The notes under the pieces: model-generated
Told to the model about the DNA's origin: nothing
The model's input: the letters and a program-made list of their open reading frames with translations, nothing else
Databases searched by the model: none
Assembly (NCBI GenBank): GCA_964016885.1
Contig: OZ024743.1
Location: 49,476,001-49,540,000, forward strand
Length of the DNA: 64,000 nt
Source: Eledone cirrhosa
Taxonomy: Eukaryota
Direction: 5' to 3'
Program-made: the position numbers and the translations under genes
Shown: in pieces, positions 26,490-36,003 of the stretch
Numbering within the stretch: position 1 is the stretch's first letter
Layout of the letters: each line of letters begins with the position of its first letter

Positions 26490-26620
26490 AATATGGTTTT
26501 ATAAATATAGTTTCCATTTATTAATATATCGTGTATTTACTCCACTAACTTGTTGAGTGCTTTATATCAGTTATAAAAATGTTTAAGCTTGTTGAATCCC
26601 AACAAATAAAATATAACCTC

Positions 26621-26666
<46 letters not shown>

Positions 26667-26669
<3 letters not shown>

Positions 26670-27100
26670 TCATCATCATCAATGTTTTACGTCCGTTCTT
26701 CTACGCTAGCATGGATTAGATGGGTTGTCCTGTTGTGGGCAGTGTCCGGTCGGCTGACTTGTCTTGCTCATATGGGAACTGATTCTGGCTTGATTTCTAC
26801 AGCTGGATGCCTTTCCTAACACCAACCTCATTTACAGTGAGTGCTGGGTGCCTTTTTTCTGTGGCGCCTACACATCCACTTTACAGTGTGGACTGGCATT
26901 TTTTTGCCATGGCACCTCCACGACCACTTTGCAGTGGAATGATAGGGACCCCAGTCCTACCATCTCATTTCCACAGCTGAGTAAACTGGAGCAATGTGAA
27001 ATAAAGTGTCTTGCTCAAGGAAACAACACATCACCCAGTCCGAAAATTGAACTCACAACCTTGCAAGTTCAATGCTCTAACCACTAAGCCATGCACCTTC
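26667..27100 (-). mobile_element. SINE family A with RTE-type tail
   Basis: Same head/core as 30731; tail homologous to the RTE 3'UTR at 20630-20850. Confidence 0.88.
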
Positions 27101-27167
27101 ATATGTATATGTGTATATATATATATACATATATATCCCGCCTGGCCTCTTGTTACTTTAATCAAAC

Positions 27168-27214
<47 letters not shown>

Positions 27215-27226
27215 TATATATATATA

Positions 27227-27280
<54 letters not shown>

Positions 27281-27292
27281 TATATATATATA

Positions 27293-27364
<72 letters not shown>

Positions 27365-27730
27365 TATATATATATATATATATATATCATATATATATAT
27401 ATCATCATTGTTTAGCGCCAATTTTTCCATGCCTGCTTGGGTTAGACGGTTGTCCACTCTAGGAGGCAAGTCTGGCCAGAGTTGGCTATGCTGTACCTTG
27501 CTCAGATGAGGACTGTAAATTTGGCCAGGTATTTTACAGCTAGATGCCCTTCCTAACACCAACCACATTTCAGTGTATATAAAACCTGTATGTATGTGTA
27601 TATAACATTGTGTGTGTGTGTAGTACACATTTAAAGAATTATCATCAACTCATATTGATACATTAAGAGGGTTTCATAAGTTCAGTTGCTGTGAAACAGG
27701 AATGGTTTAACACACAGGTTTCTTTACTGC

Positions 27731-27975
27731 ATGTCACATCACCTCATTGTGTCACAACACTTTACTGTGTCACAACACTTTAGTGTGTCACATCACCTCA
27801 CTGTCACAACACTTTACTGTGTCAACACTTTAGTGTCACAACACTTTACTGTCATGGCACTTAATTGTGTAACAAGTAACTGTGTCACAACACTTCAGTG
27901 TCACATTACTTTAGTGTGTCACATCACTTTAGTGTGTCACAATACTTCACTGTGTCACAACACTTTACTGTGTCA
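27731..27975. repeat. Degenerate ~20-bp tandem repeat (tgtgtcacaacacttt)
   Basis: Direct inspection. Confidence 0.8.
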
Positions 27976-28009
27976 CACCAAAACACTAGCGACTAATGCT
28001 GTCTGGTGG

Positions 28010-28109
28010 TGTCCAGCAGAAGCAAGGGGGACAATCGTGGATGCACATTTCAAACTGGACTGGTTCTCATCAGCACGATCCCTCCCTCCCTCTCTTGCAA
28101 CTGCTGGAC
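28010..28109 (-). ncRNA. Type I hammerhead ribozyme motif with extended stem I
   Basis: Minus strand: ATCGTG-CTGATGA-GAAC cagtcca GTTT-GAAA-TGTGCA-TC-CACGAT (core 28034-28079, AUC site); outer pairing GTCCAGCAG/CTGCTGGAC and GCAAG/CTTGC. Confidence 0.78.
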
Positions 28110-28323
28110 TTTGAAAACAGGCGAGAATATATAGTTTTCTTGTCTGTGTAAATAAGGTGATATATATATATCATCATCATCATCATCATCATCATTTTAC
28201 GTCCGCTTTTCCCTGCTTGCAAATGTATGTGTGTGTATATATATATATGTGTGTGTATATGTATACATATGTGTGTGTATGTATATATATATGTGTGTGT
28301 GTGTATATGTGTGTTTGTGTGTG

Positions 28324-28358
<35 letters not shown>

Positions 28359-28381
28359 ACATATATGTGTGTGTATGTATG

Positions 28382-28446
<65 letters not shown>

Positions 28447-29559
28447 ATGTGTGTGTATATATTACTGTAAACAATACTGTTTAAACTGGTCAATGTGGTT
28501 AGGTTGTGGTCAGTTGTCTACTAAATATGGGTTGGTAATCCATAATATGCCAAAATGAAGTAATAGACTGGAAGCACTCTACTGACCTTCACTGTGACCT
28601 TAATTATAGGGACTGTCCAGTGGTGTCATAGAGACAATACCTTTACTATGATTGGAATGACACTTAAGTATAATAGATTGCCTTTCTGGAGAGGAGTGGG
28701 GTGTTATTAAGTTATCATTACATACTAATACACTGCATGTACATACAGTGTACTTACTAAGTATATTGTATATACACAGTGTTCATACTAAATATACTGT
28801 ATGTATACATACAATGTCCAAACTAAATATACTGTAGATATATATATACACACAGTGTAAACACACACACTTTCATATCTACACACTGTCATGAATGATT
28901 AAATCCTCAACCAAATACTTGTCTGGTCCTTACCTGATGTTCTCCCCATTCAGACAGCTGTATTAAACTGTTTAGGGGCTAATCTAGGGAAGGAACAGCC
29001 CTTTAGTAAAATTAAGAGCCAGCATTGTTTCCTAGTTTATCTTCTGACCCCTTTCTATACAATTTCTGATAGTGAAGATATGAAGGATGATATACAAACA
29101 AACCACTGTCCAGATCAACAACAACATGCCACTTATGTAAGATTCTTCAATATTTTCATTGTCTTCTATTAGTTATACTTAACCCTTTCATACCATTTTG
29201 TAATGAAAGACACTGCCTATAATTTTCAAATCTGTTTGAAATTAATCAAGAATTTGGAGGGATTTTGTTATATATTTAACTTTCTCATTATTATGTTATA
29301 GTTTGCAGCATAACTTAACAAAGGTTCATACATAAAATTATGATGTAACCTTTCTAGATAAAAATATGCACTTAAATGCCATTTACACAGAATATATTGT
29401 TTGTTTGAGCCACAGGTTAGGTCCATACTACTCCAGCAGACCTATGACCCAACATATTCTGGCCATAGCCATGCTATCTTTTCTTTTTCAGACATGTGTG
29501 TATGAGTGAAAAAAAAAGACAAGCATTAATTAGGATGTTGATGTGTTTTGTAATTTCAG

Positions 29560-29724
29560 GAGCAGGCCAAACTTAAGAGTAAATCTTCTACTCCCCCCAG
29601 TGATGATCGGGACGATGAAGTGTCACCCACTCCTCCTCACCACACTATACCGAAACGAACCAGGAGAGGGGGAGTCAGTGCTGAAGTATACAAGGAAGAA
29701 GATGCTGCTTTGTATGTTAAGAAG
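29560..29724 (+). CDS. PRKAR1: Internal coding exon of cAMP-dependent protein kinase type I regulatory subunit (hinge/inhibitory pseudosubstrate region)
   Basis: Acceptor ttttgtaatttcag|, donor AAG|gtaagt, 165 nt, phase 0/0. Translates [55 protein letters not shown], matching the RI linker (RRGA/GxSAEVYxEEDAAxYVxK). Gly rather than Ser at the P-site indicates type I. The ORF track shows a different frame here. Confidence 0.93.
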
Positions 29725-29737
29725 GTAAGTCTATTGA

Positions 29738-30105
29738 TTGTTATTATTGCAGGCTCAAGTGTGATCAGTTGAACACTGAACAAGTAGTTGTTATTACTGC
29801 AGGCTCAAGTGTGATCAGTTCAACATTGGATGAGTAGTTGTTATTACTGCAGGCTCAAGTGTGATCAGTTGATCATTGAATGAGTAGTTGTTATTACTGC
29901 AGGCTCAAGTGTGATCAGTTGAACATTGAATGAACAGTTGTTATTACTGCAGGCTCAAGTGTGATCAGTTGAACATTGAATGAACAGTTGTTATTACTGC
30001 AGGCTCAAGTGTGATCAGTTGAACATTGAATGAACAGTTGTTATTACTGCAGGCTCAAGTGTGATCAGTTCAACATTGAATGAACAGTTGTTATTACTGC
30101 AGGTT
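29738..30105. repeat. 50-bp minisatellite, about 7 units
   Basis: TTATTACTGCAGGCTCAAGTGTGATCAGTTGAACATTGAATGAACAGTTG with period 50, starting about 13 nt after the exon donor. Confidence 0.96.
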
Positions 30106-30730
30106 CACTCTTCTGGCAGGAATATAAATGGAGACAGATATGGAATAGACAAGTGTATGCCAGTTATCATTCAGTGACTAAATCTGAACTATGCTATTCG
30201 TTCTAAGCATAAGGTTGGCTATTGTAGTCTGAGGCAATATACTGGAGTTGTTTACTGTTATCTGGTTAAATGAGCATATATAGATTTCAGTGGATACAGC
30301 ATTGGACATGCTAATCCAATGAGCAAGTAGTTTCAGTTAATCAAAGAGCTGAAAATGATGGGATTGAACCAGATGGACTGAGCTCGACTGAGTCAGTGAG
30401 GGAATAAGTTGTTGACCTTTCTACCAACTGATTTATTAATTTGGACAGAAATGGGTTTAACAAATCATATATCTATGCTATGTTTGATGTAAATATGAGT
30501 TAATATAGAAAAATCATATACCTAAGATATGTTTAATGTAGATACAGCAACAGATTTTTAGTGATAATCATTGGATGATATCTAACACTCACCACTACCC
30601 ATCTCCCAACCTCTTCTATTGCAGTTGTCTATTTTACCTCAGACCAACTGCCAGCCATATAACCTCTATATATTCTCTCCTACATTATTTCATCCCTTAC
30701 CATGACATTATTCTGTGTGCTCCACCATGT

Positions 30731-30981
30731 GAAGGCGCATGGCTTAGTGGTTAGAGCATTGGGCTTGCAATCGAAAGGTTGTGAGTTCAATTCTCGGACC
30801 GAGTGATTTGTTGTTTCCTTGAGCAAGACACTTTATTTCACATTGCTCCAGTTTACTCAGCTGTAGAAATGAGATGATAGGACTGGGGTTCCTATCATTA
30901 AATTACCCAAGACACCTCCAACGAGATATACCTTGGAGGAGGCCAGCTAAACCTGTATAGATGTGAGCTGTCACACACACA
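30731..30981 (+). mobile_element. SINE family A with alternative (CA)n-ending tail
   Basis: GAAGGCGCATGGCTTAGTGGTTAGAG...GTTCAATTC...CCTTGAGCAAGACACTT...; tail identical in type to 57887-58200. Confidence 0.9.
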
Positions 30982-31560
30982 CCATCACCACCACAATTAC
31001 ACTTCTCAGGCATCTCTATTCACTATTAACCCCATTTTCCTTAACCCTGTAAATTAGTTGACATTAAGAAGGAAATCTAGTCATAGAAGCTATGCCAAAA
31101 AAGAATTGAAAGGACTCTTTAATCACACCAAAGCCCTGACAAACTCCCTAGTGTTAGTACCATGATAAAATACACCCAGTACACTCTGTAAAAGGATTGC
31201 CATAACTGGAACATGTAAGCAAAGTGAGACCATGATGCTGATCTAAGAGGACAGAAGCTCCAATTAAATACAAACTTAGGTCTGTAACAATCCAGCATGG
31301 GTACATGTAGATGAGGATATATATATCATCATCATCATCATCACCATCACCATTATATATATATATATATATATATATCACATCATCACCATCACCGTTA
31401 TATATATATATATATATATATAGATGTGAGAAAAACCACAAACCCTCCATCTCAATTCTACTTTTGAAAAGCAGAAGAACTGCGAAATCAATAAAGGAAC
31501 CAAATAAATATATATTTTTATAAAAAAGACTCCAGTCGCATTTTCGATTTCATCTTTTTT

Positions 31561-31605
<45 letters not shown>

Positions 31606-31608
<3 letters not shown>

Positions 31609-32382
31609 GGTGCGGACGATATTTGTTCGCAAGATTACTGTCTAGGAAAAAATAACACAGTAGTTTTATTTTTTAAGATATATTTATCAAACTTGAGTCG
31701 GTTTGTCTTCATGACTTGTTCTTTCGATCTCACTCGATAAACCCGCCATTGGCTTTGATGAAGGCCTCAAGGCAGCCTTGGAACTGGCCTTCAGATCGTC
31801 TTTCATATTGCAGCTAGATCTGTTGGTGTCTCATTCCGCTGTGCCCTACACAAAGAAGTCGAGGGGGTTGCAGTCAGGTGAGCTGGGAGGCCAGATGTCA
31901 GGTGAAGTGTGGTCGATGAAGTTCTCTGAGAGCCAGGCTTGGGTCTTTCGGCCTACCTGCAGCTACCTGGTCGATCCAGGGCTTTACTACCTTGCTCAGA
32001 ACGCGGATGTAGCCATCGGTGTTCAGCTTGAGGTCCTCAGGGAATAAGTGAGGTGGCATGACGTCACCTTGACTGCTGACGACACCTAAGACCAATGTTG
32101 TCTGCATGACTCTGGATACGTCTTTGGATGAGACACCATTCTCCTGCTGACGCTGAGAAAGTCTGAAATTTCCTTATTTGTCCCTCCGCACGGATTCCAA
32201 GAAGAACTCCGTGTCTCTTCCACAAATTTGGAGGTTCAAAATTATTCATAATCAATTATTCTGAAAATAAATAATGGAAATATAGTCACTGTTTTTATGA
32301 AGACAAGAGTGACAACGGAAGTAAAAAAAATTTGCATAAAATTAGCAGTTGAAAATTGCGAACAAATATCGTCCACACCCTG
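31606..32382 (-). mobile_element. Internally deleted Tc1/mariner-superfamily DNA transposon (maT/DD37D-like)
   Basis: 27-bp TIRs CAGGGTGCGGACGATATTTGTTCGCAA / TTGCGAACAAATATCGTCCACACCCTG within (TA)n; minus-strand remnants VLGVVSSQGDVMPP..VVKPWI and WPPSSPDCNPLDF. Confidence 0.92.
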
Positions 32383-32450
<68 letters not shown>

Positions 32451-32626
32451 ATGGAATACTGTTAGCTTCTCGCTAAAACAATTTCTATACCTTTCATTTA
32501 TATATATATATATATATGTGTAATCATCACCATCACCGTTTTATGTCCATTTTCCCACGCTAGCATGGGTTAGACAAGTTGTCCTGTTGTGGGCAATGCT
32601 AGGTCAGGTGACCATGTCTTGTATAT

Positions 32627-32678
<52 letters not shown>

Positions 32679-32784
32679 CAACCAGCGTATGTGTGTAGCT
32701 GTAGTTATTGTCAATTGGCAATCTCTTAATGGATTTGCTTCATTAATAAATTGATTGCTAACTGTTCACATTTTCACTGTGTTT

Positions 32785-33300
32785 GTTACCACCACCACCA
32801 CCACCAACACCACCACCACCACCACCACCATCACCACCACCAACCACCACCACTGCCCCCACCACCACCAGCAACATTATACCACCACCACCACCACCAT
32901 CACCACCATTACACCACCACCACCATCACCATTACACCACCACCATCACCATTACACCACCACCAACATCACCACCATTACACCACCACTACCACCGCCA
33001 CCACCACCACCACCACCACTACCACTACCACCATCACCACCATTACACCACCACCAACACCAACACCAACACCACCACCATCACCACCATTACACCACCA
33101 CCACCATCACCATTACACCACCACCAACATCACCACCATTACACCACCACTACCACCGCCGCCACCACCACCACCACCACTACCACCACCATCACCACCA
33201 CCATTACACCACCACCACCAACACCACCACCACTACCACCATCACCACCATTACACCACCACCAACACCACCACCAACACCACTACCACCACCACTACCC
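32785..33300. repeat. Cryptic (CAC)n trinucleotide tract
   Basis: Open in all three + frames as poly-H/T/P; simple sequence. Confidence 0.95.
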
Positions 33301-34251
33301 GTTCTTCATCCAGCGCCACTAACCCCAGCCCCTACTGGATCATCTTCAGTTTTTTTCTAAACACTAAACATTTTAATGGACCCAATTGATTGATTAATTA
33401 ATTAGATAAATCTAAATCCTCTTTAATGAATCTCTTACCCATCACCTCTCCCATTTCCTCCAACTCTGTATATGAAGTAGGAAATATTTTAGTACATCTC
33501 TCTCTCTCTCTGTCATCACCATCATCATCATCACTGTTTTACGTCCATTCTTCTGTGCTAACATGGGTTAGGCAGTTGCCTTATTGTAGGCAATGCTAGG
33601 TCAGGTGACCATGTTTTGCTTATACAGAACTGATTTTCGCTTGATTTCTACAGCTGGATGCCCTTCTTAATGCCAACCTCTACTGTGTGGGCTGGGTGCT
33701 TTTTGTTGTGACACCTACACGATCACTTTACAGTGTGGACTGGGTGATTTTCCTTGTGATACTTACACGACCACCATGCAGTTAGAGGGTGGGGCATACT
33801 GTCTATATGCTTCAGATTTGGTCTGTGCCCATGGGAAGTCAGGTCTTCTGTATTATTGCATAACACCATAACATCTATTAACCTGAACTTTCAGTTATGA
33901 AATTGTTGAAGGTTTAGCTGTGAGGCCCCTATTTTTACAGGATTCAAGAAATCTCTTATGTGGCCCCTATCATGTCACCCTTTTCTTCAATGACAGTAGT
34001 CTGGATTTGAACTCAGGACACCTAGAGCTGGAACAGATACTGTAAGATATCTTGTCTGATGCTCTAACAATTCCACCAATCTACTGCGACTGATTGGTAC
34101 TTTATTAATCAGCCCTGAAAGGATGGAAGGCAGGATCTGAAATCAGAATGCAGATGGCCAGATCAAATACTGCAAGACATTTAAGCTGCCATATAGAAAA
34201 TCTCAAAAAATGTTAGCTAAAAATATCACTTATGGAATTATATAAACATAT

Positions 34252-34330
34252 ACAGTTGTCGCCTGGTATTAGCAGTGGTTATGTTCCTAGAGCACCCGCG
34301 AAGAGTGCAAAACCTCGAATATTGAACACG
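34252..34330. mobile_element. Possible pogo/Tigger-like MITE end
   Basis: TA-CAGTTGTCGCCTGGTATTAGCAGTGGTTATGTTCC..CACCCGCGAA resembles Tigger-type termini from memory; partner TIR not found. Confidence 0.35.
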
Positions 34331-35134
34331 ACAACCCATCCAACACTTGCCCTCATGGTAAAGCTGACATTAGATGACAATAAGGTACATGTAGACAGAT
34401 TACAATAAGCCAGACCATGGGAGTGTTAGATTTAAGAAGTCCAACCTGTACTTCAACTTTCTATCTAACACTGTTGCACTTTACATGTGCAGTAGATTCA
34501 CATGTGATGTAATATACTATTCTGTTTCTTAACTAATTATATAATTGCAGGGCTAAACTTATCATCTATTTCTCCAGATAGTCAGTTCCTTATAATATTT
34601 GTTAAGGGTGGAGTTTTTCTGAGGCATTTAACAGAAAATAATTCAGACATGACAATCTAGATATCAACCATCTCACTGTCTCAATTAATCTTATCTTTAT
34701 CAACATTATGTTTGCTAAGTTTTATATAACTAGACACCTTTCCTAATCCCAACCACATGGAGTGTACTGGGTGTATTTCATGGTATCAGCACTAGGGAAA
34801 TTGTGCATTTGATGCAACTGAAGGATCATTACAAGCCTTTGTTCAGCAAGTTTTCTATAACTGAATGTCTTTCCTAATGCCAAAGTCTTTACAGAGTATA
34901 TTGGGTGTATTTTTCATGGCACCAACACTAGAAAGGTTGTTGTAATTGTGATGTGATTGAAGAGTCTTTTCAAATCTTTTAGCATGGTTTCTTCAGCTTG
35001 GATGCTCTTCCTAACACCAACCATCTTACCAAGTGTACTCTTGCAGTTTATTGTGGCACCAACACTAGGGAGATCATCAGTTCTTGACTTGACTTTTATA
35101 AACCTTTAATTCTTCAATATCATTAGCAAACTGC

Positions 35135-35222
<88 letters not shown>

Positions 35223-35225
<3 letters not shown>

Positions 35226-35545
35226 GGCACATGGCTTAGTGGTTTGAGCATTGGCCTTGCAATCGAAAGGTTGTGAGTTCAATTCTCAGACCAAGTGATG
35301 TGTTGTTTCCTTGAGCAAGACACTTTATTTCACATTGCTCCAGTTTACTCAGCTGTAGAAATGAGATGATAGGGACTGCAAAGTGGTCGTGGAGGTGCCA
35401 CGGCAAAAAAGCACCCAGCACTCAGTTTAAATGAGGTTGGTGTTAGGAAGGGCATCCAGCTGTAGAAATCAAGCCAGAATCAGTTCCCGTCCCACCCTTG
35501 CAATCAGGTAAAAAGGAGACGTAAAATGATGATGATGATGATGAT
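35223..35545 (+). mobile_element. SINE family A with RTE family-B tail
   Basis: Head and core as 30731; ends CCCGTCCCACCCTTGCAATCAGG..ACGTAAAATGATGATG, matching the LINE end at 12771-12815. Confidence 0.9.
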
Positions 35546-36003
35546 ATAAATATAAATTTAGCGAGAATTGCATTTCGGCGGGTAGAAATTGGCGAAACGC
35601 AGCTTCTATATTGTGCATATATCATCATCATCATCATCGTCGTTTAACGTCCATATTCCACGCTTGCATGGGTTTGGACGGGAGTTTTCCCACTTGAGGC
35701 AAGAGTGGTTGTCTTGCTCGCATAGGACTGTCTGGCGGGTTTTCTACGGCTGGATGCCCTTCCTAATACCAACCACATTTACAGTGTGGAACTGGGAGGT
35801 TTTTACCTACATGGCCACATTACAGCGTGGACTGTGTGTTTTTTTGTCGTGACACCTACACGACCTCATTTGTTTCGGCCTGGATGTTGTGGTACCAACA
35901 TAACTTTACATCGAAAGGGGCGGTGTGGATGGGGTGGGGGTAGTGGGACGGGGGTGTATTTTGTTAGAGGTGCCTACTGACTGTAGTTGGTTTTACTTTG
36001 TAT

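Larger units (their letters stand above)
24037..26620 (-). mobile_element. 5'-truncated Penelope-like retroelement with inverted pseudo-LTR
   Basis: ~630-bp inverted repeat (24037-24668 vs ~25890-26534) brackets a GIY-YIG endonuclease 3' fragment; each arm contains a hammerhead motif; inserted in (TA)n. Confidence 0.88.

Noticed and set aside
29543-29728. [16 protein letters not shown] from the ORF track
   Set aside because: Wrong frame over the real PKA-RI exon.
30731-30805. tRNA gene
   Set aside because: Has A/B boxes but continues into a shared SINE core, is multi-copy and diverged, and lacks a proper acceptor stem; called as a SINE.
32751-33389. His/Pro/Thr-rich protein ORFs
   Set aside because: (CAC)n simple repeat open in all three frames; no splice or domain support.
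35560-35612. Short imperfect inverted repeat with GAAAC
   Set aside because: Too short and mismatched to distinguish from chance.
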